DNA of 64,000 nt from Myxococcota bacterium (lineage in GTDB: Bacteria > Myxococcota_A > SURF-8), in the NCBI GenBank assembly GCA_965140415.1, contig OZ223209.1, positions 5,440,001-5,504,000 on the forward strand. The letters are read 5' to 3'. The first letter of the stretch is position 1. The number at the start of each line of letters is the position of its first letter. Made by a program: the position numbers and the translations under genes. The notes beneath the pieces are model-generated. The model was given only the letters and a program-made list of their open reading frames with translations. It was not told the DNA's origin and searched no databases. Of the stretch, positions 1 through 12,298 are shown piece by piece.

Positions 1-1031
1 AATCCATGGCTCGCAACGACCTTACTGCCAAAGCCACCGGTGATTACAAGGGTGATTATCTCGCCATTGCCGAAAACCTCAACAAAGGCATGGAAGCGCA
101 GCATCAGGCGATGTTACAGGTGGCCGAGGCTGTCGATCAGATTACCGCAGCCGGTGGTCAGATTGCTCAATCGAGTCAGTCGGTGGCGGAAGGAGCAAGT
201 GAGCAAGCTTCTTCTTTGGAAGAGACATCCTCAAGTCTGGAAGAAATGGCATCTATGACGAAGCAGAATGCCGACAACGCCCAGCAAGCCAATACTATGG
301 CAAATGAAGCCAGTAGAAACAGCGATGAAGGTGGCAAAGCGATGCAGCAGATGAGCTCATCCATGGTTAAGATCAAAGCCTCCGCGGAGAATACTGCTGC
401 AATCATTAAAGATATCAACGAAATTGCTTTCCAGACAAACCTGTTGGCTTTGAATGCTGCCGTGGAGGCTGCCCGAGCAGGTGAAGCCGGACGGGGTTTT
501 GCTGTCGTTGCCGAAGAGGTTCGAAATCTTGCTCTGCGAGCGAAGGAAGCGGCTATGAAGACCGAATCCTTGATCAACGAATCTGTCAGCTTGGCTGAAG
601 AGGGAGAAAGTGTTTCCGGAGAAGTCAACACCAAACTGCAAGATATTGTCAGCGGCATCAAAAAGGTGTCGGACATTATCGGAGAAATAACCACGGCCAG
701 CCAGGAACAATCTCGCGGGATTGAGCAGGTGAATAAAGCTGTAGCCGAGATGGACAAAGTCACTCAGCAGAATGCGGCCAACTCTGAAGAATCCTCCAGT
801 GCGGCAGAGGAGCTTTCAAGTCAGGCTCAAGAATTAAGCGCCATGATTGACAGGTTTACGCTAAACAGAAATGCAACGGCAAGGAGAGTCGCTGATGCAA
901 AACCGATTACTTTTCAAAGCAACTCAAGAAAAATAGTAAAGCGAGGCAATGGATCGAGCAAAGTTGGCATGCAACTATCACCTGAAGATATAATTCCACT
1001 GGATAGTGATCCGGACTTCAAAGCCTTCTAA
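1..1031 (+). CDS. Methyl-accepting chemotaxis protein, C-terminal signalling domain (5' end outside window)
   Basis: [37 protein letters not shown] hairpin-tip signature; EQASSLEET and NAANSEE methylation helices; frame open at window edge. Confidence 0.95.
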   Translation, partial: SMARNDLTAKATGDYKGDYLAIAENLNKGMEAQHQAMLQVAEAVDQITAAGGQIAQSSQSVAEGASEQASSLEETSSSLEEMASMTKQNADNAQQANTMANEASRNSDEGGKAMQQMSSSMVKIKASAENTAAIIKDINEIAFQTNLLALNAAVEAARAGEAGRGFAVVAEEVRNLALRAKEAAMKTESLINESVSLAEEGESVSGEVNTKLQDIVSGIKKVSDIIGEITTASQEQSRGIEQVNKAVAEMDKVTQQNAANSEESSSAAEELSSQAQELSAMIDRFTLNRNATARRVADAKPITFQSNSRKIVKRGNGSSKVGMQLSPEDIIPLDSDPDFKAF

Positions 1032-1115
1032 ACCATTGCATCTTATCGCATCTCAGGGTGGTGGGTATTGAAACCTACCACCCTGAATGTTGTGCTCTGC
1101 TTGGATGAAATTGAA

Positions 1116-2147
1116 ATGACGAAAGCAAACTGCAAGCAATGTGGTGAATGTTGCCATTACGAAATTCCCATTACGCTTTTCGATATTCATCGACTGGCCA
1201 AAGTGCTAAAGTGTGACGGTCGAACTATACTGAAGAACTACATCCAGAGCGACATTTCACCCATTTCCGGACTTTTTAAAATACAAAAAAGAGATGATCG
1301 CACCTGCATTTTCCTGAATGACCGGAAGCGTTGCGATGTACATGCTGCCAAACCGCTTGTTTGCGAACAATTTAACTGTGAAAAAGCAAAACAACAGGCA
1401 TCCTTGCCATGGACGGCAACCTGCGATGACGATTTATCACGCATTCATGTCTGGCGACAATCCATTGCCGTTGCCATTACTCGGGCATATATAGAGCGTA
1501 ATGGATCAAGCTGGAATGAAAAAGCTTTTCAACTTGCCATTTCCACGATAGAGAAGCAAAGCGGTTGTGACGGGCATTGCAAAGTCAAACTTTCACAGGA
1601 CTCTGAGGGTCACCCTTTGGCAATGGTTTATTCTTGTGATGAATGTCAAAAAAGAACAGAAGCTTCAAATGAAACCCCCATTACCTTGGATGATATCGAA
1701 TCAATGCGGAAGTCGCTCGCAATTTCTCCTGAGAAGTTTTTCAGATTGTACATAGATAAACAAGTTGCGATTGAAAGCGGCGTTTTACGTCTAAAACGCA
1801 ACAAGCATTGTGTCTTGCTTGGAGCGAACATGAAATGCATGGTTGAGCAGTCTCGCCCGATGCACTGCCGTTTCACACCATGCCCGATGAGGGCAGAACA
1901 ATCTGAAATGATGGACCGATTCTATCTTGGTTCGGGGACCCTGAACGAGCAGTTTCGACACCAGATTGCGCTGGAGCAAACCAGAAAATACATATCACGA
2001 AATGGCGTAGGTTATGATCGATTAGAATATCATTTATTCCTGTCCCATATCATGCAGTGTTCAAGGGACAAGAATCTGTTTCAACAGTTCTGTCAATGGA
2101 TTGCACCCTATCGATACCTGGAAGACACTCGCTCGGTGGTGTTGTGA
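1116..2147 (+). CDS. YkgJ-family (CxxCxxCC) Cys-cluster protein with two tandem domains
   Basis: CKQCGECC...ITLFDI...CIFL...C.VH..KP..C..F.C, then a second copy (CDEC...PITLDDI...CVLL...C.V...RP..CRF.PC); ATG at 1116 preferred over TTG at 1068. Confidence 0.8.
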   Translation: MTKANCKQCGECCHYEIPITLFDIHRLAKVLKCDGRTILKNYIQSDISPISGLFKIQKRDDRTCIFLNDRKRCDVHAAKPLVCEQFNCEKAKQQASLPWTATCDDDLSRIHVWRQSIAVAITRAYIERNGSSWNEKAFQLAISTIEKQSGCDGHCKVKLSQDSEGHPLAMVYSCDECQKRTEASNETPITLDDIESMRKSLAISPEKFFRLYIDKQVAIESGVLRLKRNKHCVLLGANMKCMVEQSRPMHCRFTPCPMRAEQSEMMDRFYLGSGTLNEQFRHQIALEQTRKYISRNGVGYDRLEYHLFLSHIMQCSRDKNLFQQFCQWIAPYRYLEDTRSVVL

Positions 2148-2177
2148 CTTTGAATATTGTGATTATCAGTAGTAGCC

Positions 2178-2558
2178 ATGTTCTTTGGCAAACCTGACTT
2201 CAGGATTGTTTACGTCCTGTTGACAACGAATGCCGGAAACTACGAGGCAGAACTTTTCAAGATACCGTAGTGTCCAGATATTGAGGGATATGATACAGTT
2301 GACGGAACCGGTCAAGGCCGCATTCGATATGTCTGACTCAGCGAGCATGCTGGCAACACGCCGCCTGAAGACGATATCTTCACCGAGCTGTAACTCGTCG
2401 GCCTGAATCCAGATCAGGCAGCGGAGTTGCTTGACGCCGTCGAAGACTGACAGGGCGACCTGGACGAGTTCTGGGTCATCTTGGACTGCGTCCTCGGCGG
2501 CGATGGTCGGGCGGTGGACCCGTGGTCAGTGCTGCAAGTGCTGGGGAGAAATAGCTGA
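2178..2558 (+). pseudogene. Possible decayed ORF of unknown family
   Basis: One frame reads protein-like (MFFGKPDFRIVYVLL...DQAAELLDAVED*QGDLDEFWVILDCVLGG...) but has stops at 2268, 2334, 2391 and 2448. Confidence 0.3.
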
Positions 2559-2719
2559 CCCTGACCCCATTATCTGATCATCAATAAGAAGGAGTTTCAT
2601 CTCTTTCTTTATTTGCGAATCCTTTTCCTTGTCCCTTAATCTAACATCGTTGTAAACTGAATTCTCGCAGTAGGGGAAAGTTATTCGCTGTATTTTCTGG
2701 GCAGTATGGCATCAAGGCG

Positions 2720-5700
2720 ATGGGGGATACCGTGTCCGATCTGCAGAAAACTAAAGCACAGCTTATTGAGGAGCTTGAGGTTGCTCGACAGCAAATCAAG
2801 CAGTTCAGGATCGAAGCCCGCCAACGTGAAGCGGAAATCTCAAAGACCGGAAAAATCGGTCTGTGGGATTGGGATCTGAAGACGAACAAGGTCGATTTCT
2901 CTGATGAATGGAAACGCCAGATTGGCTATGAGCCGAGCGAAATTGGAAATGATTTCAGAGAATTTGAGAGCCGAGTCCATCCTGATGACATCGAGCCAAT
3001 CATGGGACATGTCCGAGATTGTATCGATGAAATGCGTCAAGACTTTCAAGTCGAGTTCAGATTCCGACACAAGGACGGATCCTATCGATGGATTCTGGAT
3101 CAAGCATCTACCATTTCGAATGAAAGCGGTGCGGCAGTTGGCTTGCGTGGTTCACATATCGACATCACAGAAAGAAAACGCATTGAGTCCGAACTATTCA
3201 CCCAAAACGAATTATCGAAAAATATCGCCAATACCAGCCCGATTGGGATCACCGTCGTCGACATAGATGGCCAAATCAATTACGCCAATCCAACAGCGGA
3301 ATCTATTCTGAAGCTCGAAACTTCCGAACTACTTGATAGAACGTACAACGACCCACACTGGAAAATCTTCAATTTGGATGGAGGTCCCTTCCCAGACGAT
3401 CAACTGCCTTTTGTCCGCGTAATGAAAACCGGGGAACCGGTATTCGATGTCCAGCACGGGATTGAAACACCCGATGGGCAACGCATTCTTCTTTCAATCA
3501 ATGCCGCGCCGCTAAAGGACCCCACCGGCAAAATCTCCGGTATGGTTGCCGTGATGTCGGATATTACCGAGCGAATAAGGATGGAGGAAAGCCTTCGTTC
3601 AAGCGAAGAAAAATACCGTCTATTTACGGAGTCAACCAACGATTGGGTTTGGCAGGTAGACGCTCGCGGAGCCTATACGTATGTAAGCCCCAGTATTGAA
3701 TCTCTTATAGGTTATAGCCCTCAAGAAGTCATTGGGAAGACCCCCTTCGATTTCATGGCTTCCGAGGAAGCCCGGCGGGTGGGAGCCATTTTTCAGCAGA
3801 TCGCATCGAAGCAAGAGCGAATCACCGATCTGGAAGACACATTGATCTCGAAAGACGGTCAAGAGGTAGTTTTCGAAACCAATGCCGTACCGGTGTTCGA
3901 TGAAGCAGGTACCTACTCAGGATACTTTGGTACTTGCAGCAATATTACAGAGCGGAAGCGTGTTGAAGAAGCGCGAAAACAAAGCGAGCTGCGTTTCAAG
4001 CTAGCCTTCGATCAATCTTTCCAATTCAACATGCTTATCGACCCGAATGGTATGGTCGCTGATGCCAACGAGCTGTGTTTTGAAGTCACACAAACGCCTC
4101 GATCTCAGGTAATCGGCAAAGAATTTGCTCTGGCTCCCTGGTGGGATTTCGATTCAGGGGCCGAGGAGACTTCCAGGGAATCAGTTGAGCGTGCCTTAAA
4201 GGGAGAAACCGTAAGCGACGAAGTCGGCTTTTTCGATTTTAACAATAATTTGAGACATGGTAGGCGAATATATAAGCCGATTTTCGATGAGAACGGCAAG
4301 GTTATCTATGTCAACGTAAACGGGCAAGACACAACAGACCAAAGAAAAGCAGAGCAAAGTCTTGCGGAACGAGAACGTAGCTTCCATGGCTTATTTAATA
4401 CGATTGCAAGCTGTGTGGCCGTATACGAACCGATTGAAAATGGCCGGGACTTTGTCTTTGTCGACATCAATCCGGCGGGTGAAAAGCACAGCAAGGTTGT
4501 CCGGGATGAGATTATCGGCAAAAGGGTCACGGAGGTTTTTCCTGGAATCAAGGATATCAGCTTATTCGAGATATTCCAGGAGGTTTATCGCACCGGTAAA
4601 ACCCGGCATCTGCCGCTAAGAACTTACAAAGACAATCGCATCCGTGAGTGGGTCGAGAATACGGTATATCGACTTCCCAACGGACAGATCGTGGCTGTGT
4701 ATGAGGACACAAGCGAGCAGAGACTAGCCGAGGAAGCACTTCAAGAAAGCGAAAAACGGCTGATAGCTTCTCAATACATCGCCAGAATGGGTGATGTCAT
4801 GTGGGAGGTGGAAACCGGAAAGGTTTCCTGGTCTCCTGGAATGCAAACTCTGATGGGATATAGCGAAGGTGAAATACTCGACTATGCGAAAGTGAATGCC
4901 GAGGTTCATCATCCTGACGACCTGGAGCGTATTCAGGTCTGGCTTGAAGAAAATGTTGCTTCCGGCAAAAACAGGCTCACACCCAATGAATATCGGATTG
5001 TTCGGAAAGATGGTGTGGTTATCCACGTACATGTAGAAGGGACGATTGCACGTGAAGAGGGTCAGCCAACCCGGATACTGGCAACGGTACAAGATATTTC
5101 CGAACGGATTAAGGCTGAAAAGCTCATTCAGGAATATCAAAGAGAACTCGAACTTACCGTTGACGCGACAACTGACGGTATATGGAAGTGGAATTTCATC
5201 ACCAACGAACTCTCCTTCAGTCCCAAATATTACACGATGCTCGGTTACGAACCGGATGAGTTTCCTTCCGATTTTGAAAACTGGAAAGCGCTGATCCACC
5301 CAGACGATCTGGATCGCGCCCTTTCAGCGGCTTCCGAATACCTGGAAACAAAACCCGATACCTACGAAAACGAATTCCGCCTGCGGACAAAGAGCGGCGA
5401 GTATCGTTGGATACGGGCCAGCGCTCGCGTTGTTGAACGCACTCCGGAAGGCGAGGCCGTGCGCATGATAGGCAACCATCAGGATATCACCGACCATATA
5501 AAGTCCGAGGAACGCAACCGGTCTCTGGCAGAAATGGTTGACTTCGCTCCGAATTCCATCACGATACATGATTCCGAAGGAAACTTTGTTTACGCCAACC
5601 GAAGGACGTTTGAGCTTCACGGCTACACACCAGAAGCGTTTTTCAATCTCAAATTGCAACAATTGGACGTGCCGGAAAGTGCGGAAAAGATTGAAGCCCG

Positions 5701-8700
5701 TATTCGTGAGGCTCAGGAAATAGGAGAAGCCACCTTCGAAGTGGGCCACTACCGGAGAGACGGCAGCATTGTTCCATTGGAAGTTTCAATCAAGCCGATT
5801 GAATGGCAAGGGAAACAGGGGGTTCTCAGCATCGCCCGCGATATCACCGAGCGCAAACAGGCTGAAGATGAACTCCGAAAGAGCGAAGCACGCCATCGAG
5901 ATCTGGCCAGAAAGTACGAATTGTTGCTTCAACAGTCTCGCTCCGTCATTCAGACTACGATGGACGGCTTCTGGTTGATGGATGCGGAGGGAGGTTGCCT
6001 TGAAGTCAATCAGGCCTTCGCTGATATGCTGGGCTATTCAAAAATAGAATTGCTGAGTATGAATGTTTCCGACATCGATATCGATGAAGATCCCGAAGAT
6101 ATGGCGCGACATGCCGAAGAGATCAAGAAAGCCGGGTCGTCCCGGTTCGAAGCGCGTCACAGGCGGAAAGATGGTCGTATCATTGATGTTGAAATCTCCA
6201 CTACGTATCTTCCAGACCAGCAGAAGTTCACGGTTTTTGCCAGAGATATTACCGAAAGAAAACGTAAAGACCTTGAACTGAAAGAGACCAACGAGCGCCT
6301 TCAGGCTTTTCTCGACAATGCTGCAGACGCCATCTACATCAGTGATAAAAAGGGAACTATCATCCAGGTCAATGCTCAAGCCAGTCGAGACAGCGGCTAC
6401 AGCCGGGATGAATTGCTCTCCATGAACATTACGGATATCGATGCCGAGACGGTGTCGAAAGACGCGCTTGATGCCATCTTCCGAGAGTTGTTTGAAACCC
6501 GTAGAATGAGCCACGACTCAAATCATAAGCGTAAAGATGGCACGACATACCCGGTGGAGATCACCATCTCCGTGCTTGACACACATGAAGGCGAGCGAGT
6601 AATCGGCATTGCGCGAGATATGACGGAGCGTCGCCGGTTCGAACAGAAACTGAAAGTAGCGTATCAAAGAATTTCATTAGCGAAAGAATCGGCAAAACTC
6701 GGTATTTGGGATCTTGATTTGATTGAAAACCACCTCGAATGGGACGAGCGTATGTTCGAGTTGTACGGTCTCCTTCCTAGTGGTTTTGGCGGTGCCTACG
6801 AAGCATGGCTACAAGGAGTTCATCCTGATGATGTGGAGCGGGCAAGTCGAGAGGTGGAAGACGCCATTCGAACGGGTGAAAATTTCGAATCTGAATTCCG
6901 GGTAGTCTGGCCTGATGAGACGGTAAAATATATAAAAGCCTATGCAGCGGTTGTCAAAGAGGAGAAAGGTCAGTCCGTTCGCATGATCGGTGTCAACTTC
7001 GACATCACGGATCAGAAACTCAGTCAAAAAGCGATAGTGGAAAGTGAAAAGAAATATCGTTTGCTGGCCGACAACATCTCCGATGTCATATGGATTCGTG
7101 ATTTGGACCTGAATCTCACCTACATCAGCCCTTCCATCAAGAAGCAAAGCGGGTTTTCCGTAGAAGAAAAACTGAACCAGCCATTGCAGGAAAGCATGAC
7201 GCCGGAATCCGTCGCGCTTTCATTGGACAGACTTCAGCAATACTTAGAATCAGAACGGGCGGGGGAGCTTGATCCATCAACCGCCATAACCATCGAACTT
7301 GACATCTATCGTTCCGATGGCACCACCTATCCGGTAGAGTCAACGGTTTCTTTCCTGCGCGATGATCAAGGGGAGGCAATCGGTATCATTGGGGTAAATC
7401 GCGAGATCACGGATCGTAAAGAGGCGGAAAATGCCCTACAAGAGAGCGAAGAGCGTTTTCGATCCCTCCACAATGCTTCATTCGGTGGTATTGCCATTCA
7501 CGACAAGGGGAGGATTCTTGAATGTAATCAGGGTATGTCGGAGATGACCGGATACTCCCTGGATGAATTGATCGGCATGGATGGCCTGTTGCTTATTGCC
7601 GAATCGAAGCGGGAATTGGTGATGGAAAAGATCATGACCGGGTATGAAAAACCATATGAAGCTATTGGTTTAAGGAAGAATGGCGAAGAGTATCCTTTAA
7701 GACTTGAAGCCAGAAATATTCCATACAGAGGAAAACAGGTCAGGACTGTCGAATTCAGGGATATCACCGATAGCAGGCAGGCTGAAGAGGCGCTTAGAGC
7801 CAGCGAGGAAAGATTGGCATACGCCCTCACAGCCACTGCTGATGGGCTGTGGGACTGGAATATCGTGACAGGGGAAGTATACTTCAGTCCGCGCTATTTC
7901 ACGATGTTGGGTTACGAACCCGGAGAATTGCCGTCTACGTTCGATACATGGCAAAGCCTGTTGAACCCGGATGATGCAGATAATGCTCAATCGGTCGTCC
8001 AGCAGCATATTGAGAGCCAGAGAGAGTCGTTTGGTGTTGAGTTTCGCCTGAAGACGAAGAACGGGGAATGGAAATGGATTCTTGGTCGCGGAAAAGTCGT
8101 CGAACGAGATAAGGAAGATAAACCCATTCGAATGGTTGGCACGCATACCGACATCTCTGAATTGAAACTCGCCGAGCAATCACTCAAATCCAACCTCGAA
8201 GAGCAAAGCGCCATCCTGGAAAGCAGCATGGTGGGCATCATGGTGCTGCACAACCGGATCATTACGAAAGTCAATTCACGTATGGCGGAGATGCTGGGAT
8301 ATTCGGTGGAGGAAATGGAGGGCAAAGGACCGGAACAACTCCATCTTTCCAAAAAGCACTTCGAAGAATTCGGGGAGAAGTACTATTGGCGACTCGGTGA
8401 AACCAACATCGTCCAGGTGGAATATCCCTTGCGTCATAAGGATGGCCACACCGTATGGTGTCAGTTCAATGGTCGCGCCATTGCCCCGCCGGACCTTAGT
8501 CTTGGGGCTGTCTGGATTATTGATGATATTACGGAACGGAAAGCGGCGGAGGAAGAGAAATCAAGGCTACAGGAGCAACTTCAGCAATCCCAGAAAATGG
8601 AATCGGTCGGACGTCTTGCCGGTGGTGTGGCCCACGATTTCAACAACCTGCTCACCGGCATCACCGGCAACGTATCACTGGCCATGATGGATCTTTCACC

Positions 8701-9715
8701 AGGTGACCCACTGCTGGAATCACTAGGGGAAATTGGTCAAGCTGCGGACAGCGCGGCAAGCCTGACGCGCCAACTTCTGGCCTTCAGCCGCAAACAGATC
8801 ATCAAGCCGAAGGTGCTGGATCTTAATCAGTTGATCGATAACATGCAAAAGATGCTACGGCGCTTGATCGGTGAAGATCTGGAACTTTCGACCATTCCGA
8901 CAAGGGATTTGGGACGCATCAAAGCCGATCCCGGTCAACTTGAACAGATCCTGGTGAATCTGGCCGTCAATGCGCGAGATGCCATGCCGAATGGTGGCAA
9001 GCTCACCATCGAAACCGCCAATGTCACATACAAGGACGTAAAGTGCGAATTATGCTCCGAGATTCGCAAAGGCGAATACGTATTGCTGACCATCTCCGAT
9101 AATGGAGTAGGGATGGATGAAGACATCCGAAAGAAGATGTTCGATCCTTTCTTTACGACAAAGAAAGAAGGAGAAGGCACAGGTTTAGGATTGGCGATGG
9201 TATATGGTATCGTCCTGCAACATGAGGGTCATATCGAAGTCCAATCTAAACCGGGTGAAGGCACCACATTCCACATTTCTTTCCCGACTGTCATGGAAGA
9301 AGCTGAAACGCTTACCCGAAAAACAACGATGGATGATCTTCCAAGTGGGAGCGAAACTGTCCTTCTGGTGGAAGACGAGCGTATGGTGCGCAACATCGCC
9401 ACCAAGATTCTTGTAAGGCAAGGCTATAAAGTCCATAGTTCGGATTCCGGTCCGATGGCTTTAAGCAAGGTCAAGAAGGAGAATCTGGAAATTGACCTGC
9501 TCGTAACCGACATCGTCATGCCCGGCATGAACGGGCGTGAATTGGCCGAAGAACTCCAGTCGATCATACCGAACCTGAAGGTTCTTTACACATCCGGATA
9601 TACAGAGGACGTTATCGCCCATCATGGTGTGTTGGACGAAGGTCTAAGCTTCATCGGCAAACCTTATACGCCACAAGATCTGGCCAAGATGGTGCGGAAG
9701 GTGCTGGATGGGTGA
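2720..9715 (+). CDS. Cytoplasmic hybrid sensor histidine kinase/response regulator with 15 PAS/PAC domains
   Basis: 15 DIT(E/D)R-type PAC ends; H-box [12 protein letters not shown]-box [11 protein letters not shown]1 DNGVGM; G2 GTGLGL; receiver LLVEDE...[13 protein letters not shown]...KP; no TM helix seen. Confidence 0.95.
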   Translation: MGDTVSDLQKTKAQLIEELEVARQQIKQFRIEARQREAEISKTGKIGLWDWDLKTNKVDFSDEWKRQIGYEPSEIGNDFREFESRVHPDDIEPIMGHVRDCIDEMRQDFQVEFRFRHKDGSYRWILDQASTISNESGAAVGLRGSHIDITERKRIESELFTQNELSKNIANTSPIGITVVDIDGQINYANPTAESILKLETSELLDRTYNDPHWKIFNLDGGPFPDDQLPFVRVMKTGEPVFDVQHGIETPDGQRILLSINAAPLKDPTGKISGMVAVMSDITERIRMEESLRSSEEKYRLFTESTNDWVWQVDARGAYTYVSPSIESLIGYSPQEVIGKTPFDFMASEEARRVGAIFQQIASKQERITDLEDTLISKDGQEVVFETNAVPVFDEAGTYSGYFGTCSNITERKRVEEARKQSELRFKLAFDQSFQFNMLIDPNGMVADANELCFEVTQTPRSQVIGKEFALAPWWDFDSGAEETSRESVERALKGETVSDEVGFFDFNNNLRHGRRIYKPIFDENGKVIYVNVNGQDTTDQRKAEQSLAERERSFHGLFNTIASCVAVYEPIENGRDFVFVDINPAGEKHSKVVRDEIIGKRVTEVFPGIKDISLFEIFQEVYRTGKTRHLPLRTYKDNRIREWVENTVYRLPNGQIVAVYEDTSEQRLAEEALQESEKRLIASQYIARMGDVMWEVETGKVSWSPGMQTLMGYSEGEILDYAKVNAEVHHPDDLERIQVWLEENVASGKNRLTPNEYRIVRKDGVVIHVHVEGTIAREEGQPTRILATVQDISERIKAEKLIQEYQRELELTVDATTDGIWKWNFITNELSFSPKYYTMLGYEPDEFPSDFENWKALIHPDDLDRALSAASEYLETKPDTYENEFRLRTKSGEYRWIRASARVVERTPEGEAVRMIGNHQDITDHIKSEERNRSLAEMVDFAPNSITIHDSEGNFVYANRRTFELHGYTPEAFFNLKLQQLDVPESAEKIEARIREAQEIGEATFEVGHYRRDGSIVPLEVSIKPIEWQGKQGVLSIARDITERKQAEDELRKSEARHRDLARKYELLLQQSRSVIQTTMDGFWLMDAEGGCLEVNQAFADMLGYSKIELLSMNVSDIDIDEDPEDMARHAEEIKKAGSSRFEARHRRKDGRIIDVEISTTYLPDQQKFTVFARDITERKRKDLELKETNERLQAFLDNAADAIYISDKKGTIIQVNAQASRDSGYSRDELLSMNITDIDAETVSKDALDAIFRELFETRRMSHDSNHKRKDGTTYPVEITISVLDTHEGERVIGIARDMTERRRFEQKLKVAYQRISLAKESAKLGIWDLDLIENHLEWDERMFELYGLLPSGFGGAYEAWLQGVHPDDVERASREVEDAIRTGENFESEFRVVWPDETVKYIKAYAAVVKEEKGQSVRMIGVNFDITDQKLSQKAIVESEKKYRLLADNISDVIWIRDLDLNLTYISPSIKKQSGFSVEEKLNQPLQESMTPESVALSLDRLQQYLESERAGELDPSTAITIELDIYRSDGTTYPVESTVSFLRDDQGEAIGIIGVNREITDRKEAENALQESEERFRSLHNASFGGIAIHDKGRILECNQGMSEMTGYSLDELIGMDGLLLIAESKRELVMEKIMTGYEKPYEAIGLRKNGEEYPLRLEARNIPYRGKQVRTVEFRDITDSRQAEEALRASEERLAYALTATADGLWDWNIVTGEVYFSPRYFTMLGYEPGELPSTFDTWQSLLNPDDADNAQSVVQQHIESQRESFGVEFRLKTKNGEWKWILGRGKVVERDKEDKPIRMVGTHTDISELKLAEQSLKSNLEEQSAILESSMVGIMVLHNRIITKVNSRMAEMLGYSVEEMEGKGPEQLHLSKKHFEEFGEKYYWRLGETNIVQVEYPLRHKDGHTVWCQFNGRAIAPPDLSLGAVWIIDDITERKAAEEEKSRLQEQLQQSQKMESVGRLAGGVAHDFNNLLTGITGNVSLAMMDLSPGDPLLESLGEIGQAADSAASLTRQLLAFSRKQIIKPKVLDLNQLIDNMQKMLRRLIGEDLELSTIPTRDLGRIKADPGQLEQILVNLAVNARDAMPNGGKLTIETANVTYKDVKCELCSEIRKGEYVLLTISDNGVGMDEDIRKKMFDPFFTTKKEGEGTGLGLAMVYGIVLQHEGHIEVQSKPGEGTTFHISFPTVMEEAETLTRKTTMDDLPSGSETVLLVEDERMVRNIATKILVRQGYKVHSSDSGPMALSKVKKENLEIDLLVTDIVMPGMNGRELAEELQSIIPNLKVLYTSGYTEDVIAHHGVLDEGLSFIGKPYTPQDLAKMVRKVLDG

Positions 9716-9925
9716 GGAACAAGGTCTCAATTAGCCGCAATTCCAACCGAAAATTGGTCATAAGAAAAAGACACCCGTTCGATGTGCGTTCGATGACTTT
9801 GCACCAATTCATGGAATTTGGCGGGACGAAATGGGATCAGACGGAATTGATAAAATTAATGATTTCAGGTGATTAACGGCCAAGTCGCCCGAAATATTGA
9901 TGTTTCAGGGATTCGATTTGTAATT

Positions 9926-9948
9926 TTCGAATCCCTCCTCCTCCGCCA
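9926..9948 (+). repeat. Exact 23-bp copy of the tRNA-Ser 3' end, inverted relative to the gene (att-core-like)
   Basis: ttcgaatccctcctcctccgcca is the reverse complement of 10817-10839. Confidence 0.9.
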
Positions 9949-10047
9949 GTTTTCCTTAATAATTCCAGCTAGTTTAACAAAGAACCTGTCGTTTGTGCCG
10001 CTATTGTGCCGTAAGATTGCAGTAGTCTTACGGCGTCCCGCTTGGCG

Positions 10048-10362
10048 TCAGGACTCAAATGGGCATAGCCTCACTTCAAGATGTAATAGAACATCAAGTC
10101 GCTTCCCTCCCAATTTATACGCCACTTCTTTTCCTGTCAGATCCCTTTCTTGCATGTCGATTCCTTGAAGAGTTTTGTTGCATGCAGGACATTGACATGG
10201 AAGTGAAGTCTCAAATGCGCATCCGCAGTAGCCACAGAAAATGTCTAAAGTGAGAGAGCCAGAAGGAATCTCCAGAGTAAGTTCTGAACCGCAGCCAGGG
10301 CAAGGTCCAGGTACTTCATTACTGTTGATATCCGTTCCACAAAAAATGCAAGGACCAGACAT
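10048..10362 (-). CDS. Small Cys-rich protein, double zinc-ribbon-like (4 CxxC)
   Basis: CIFC, CPGC, CGYC, CPAC; strong RBS GAAGGAGGGAG before ATG. Confidence 0.65.
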   Translation of the reverse strand: MSGPCIFCGTDINSNEVPGPCPGCGSELTLEIPSGSLTLDIFCGYCGCAFETSLPCQCPACNKTLQGIDMQERDLTGKEVAYKLGGKRLDVLLHLEVRLCPFES

Positions 10363-10417
10363 TTCTCCCTCCTTCGAGTTGGCTATTCGCGTTATTGGCG
10401 AGTAGCTCCGTAAATAA

Positions 10418-10618
10418 TCAGTCTGTTCGTTTTTCAGTTGTGTTGTCTACTGGATTGAGGCGTGAAACGGAAGCCTCTTTCAATGAAGACAATTGAACCC
10501 CAGGAATCACTTGGCCGCACTCCTGGCAAACCAAGGTTCCTATGTCATCACCGCATCCAACGCAGCCCATCCACTGGGCCGTTTTTCCGCAATTTGGACA
10601 TTCGACCGGATGTTGCAT
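10418..10618 (-). CDS. Small Cys-rich zinc-ribbon-like protein (3 CxxC)
   Basis: CPNC, CVGC, CQEC; RBS GGAAGGAG before ATG. Confidence 0.65.
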   Translation of the reverse strand: MQHPVECPNCGKTAQWMGCVGCGDDIGTLVCQECGQVIPGVQLSSLKEASVSRLNPVDNTTEKRTD

Positions 10619-10816
10619 GCTTCTCTCCTTCCAGCATCTCGTGCTGCCCTCGTGCTGTAACTTGGCTCTACGGCCCGGAATCAGGCGGAATCAGATGGGA
10701 TGAAGCCTTTTTGGGATGTTTCAGTCGTCTGAAATAGAAGTACGGCCAAGGTCGTGTAATGGTTAAAGAATTCCAGACGACTTCAGCCTAGAAGAATGAA
10801 TCTGAAGGAAAAAGTA

Positions 10817-10904
<88 letters not shown>

Positions 10905-10924
10905 AGGTTGGGTCAACCGACCGA

Positions 10925-10953
10925 AACGTAAAATGAAACGTCCGATGTGTCAA
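10925..10953 (-). promoter_or_regulatory. Sigma70-type promoter for tRNA-Ser
   Basis: TTGACA-N17-TACGTT about 20 nt upstream of the tRNA. Confidence 0.6.
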
Positions 10954-11122
10954 GAACTATCGTGCTCAATCTCGACTTGTCGGAAAACGAACAAGTATCA
11001 CGCTGCCTGATATGGGCTCACCCTGCTATAAACGACATATTACCAATACAGGCAGTTTCTGCATTGTAGGTCCAATGCTGGTGCTTTCTTCCCGAATTGC
11101 AAACCGGGTGAACTGTACTTTG

Positions 11123-12124
11123 CTATTCTTCAATCTGACGTTGCATTTGCTGTAATGTCGCCTTGCATTCGGCAACAATGCGCGTTATCAATTCCGCCAC
11201 CGTCGGGATATCCTCAATGCGCCCCACAGACTGTCCCACCGTCAGCATCGCCTGCTCGGCATCGCCATTCTGCCAGACCTGACGCGCACGCTCGCCGGAA
11301 ATCAAGGGGAACAATGCGGAAAAATCGCCGCCTTCGTTTTCAACGGCCTCGATCTGTCGCATGATGTCGTTGCGCAGCGCACGAACCTGTAACCCGAAGG
11401 GGGCAAGCAACGTGCGTAGACCCAACATGGTGTCGCGTTCGTTTCTTTCCAGTAACATCTTGTAAATGTTCGGATGCACTCCGCTGTCTTTGGTGGCCAG
11501 AAAACGAGTGCCCATCATCATGCCACCGGCACCTAACGCTAACGCCGCTGCCAGCGATTGTCCATCCACCATGCCACCTGCGGCCAGTACCGGTAAATCC
11601 ACCGCAGCAACGACTTTCGGCAGCAGAATCAAGGTGCTGACATTATCTTTGTGTGGGAAACCACCTTCTTCGAAACCGGCAATCGTCACCGCATCGTAGC
11701 CCACTTTCTGAGCGTGCACGGCATGCTTGACCGTACCCACCTTATGCAGCACTTTAACATCCGCTTCTTTTGCTTTCGGAATCAAGTCGGGTCCGAGAAA
11801 ACTGTCCACCGGGGCACCGGCGATTTCGATGGCTGCCACCCGCTTCTCGCAACAGATTTCGAAAAACTCGCGCAGCAGCTCTACCGGCAGACGGATAGAG
11901 GGCATGGTGGTGATATTCACGATAAAGGGCTTATCTGTCAGTTCAAAGGTACGATCCACCGCGGCCCGAAAATCGTCTCCGCTATTGTAGTTGCCACTGG
12001 TCAAGTTGCCCATGGCCCCGGCGTTACTGATTGCCGCCGCCAGTTCCGGCTTGGCCAGCCACAACATGCCGCCACATTGAATTGGGTACTCGATCTTAAA
12101 CAGTTCGGTGATACGGGTTTTCAT
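11123..12124 (-). CDS. Nitronate monooxygenase / FabK-like FMN oxidoreductase
   Basis: MKTRITELFKIEYPIQCGGM start, GFEEGG, PVLAAGGMVDG, MGTRF, GQSVGRI. Confidence 0.9.
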   Translation of the reverse strand: MKTRITELFKIEYPIQCGGMLWLAKPELAAAISNAGAMGNLTSGNYNSGDDFRAAVDRTFELTDKPFIVNITTMPSIRLPVELLREFFEICCEKRVAAIEIAGAPVDSFLGPDLIPKAKEADVKVLHKVGTVKHAVHAQKVGYDAVTIAGFEEGGFPHKDNVSTLILLPKVVAAVDLPVLAAGGMVDGQSLAAALALGAGGMMMGTRFLATKDSGVHPNIYKMLLERNERDTMLGLRTLLAPFGLQVRALRNDIMRQIEAVENEGGDFSALFPLISGERARQVWQNGDAEQAMLTVGQSVGRIEDIPTVAELITRIVAECKATLQQMQRQIEE

Positions 12125-12298
12125 CGTATTCCTCTCGTTGCCGTTTTCTTTTTCAATTGGCTTATACGTATGCTCGATCCACTGTTCACTTTATCCCTAA
12201 TAAACTAACACTGGCAAGTGGGATTAACGATTTACTGGTTGATTTCATAGACAATCACCCATCGAGCCTGCTCGCTTAATCTCTATTACATTACCGGA

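Noticed and set aside
2178-2558. Sec/Pyl recoding of the relic ORF
   Set aside because: Includes a TAA and mixed stops; no SECIS-like context
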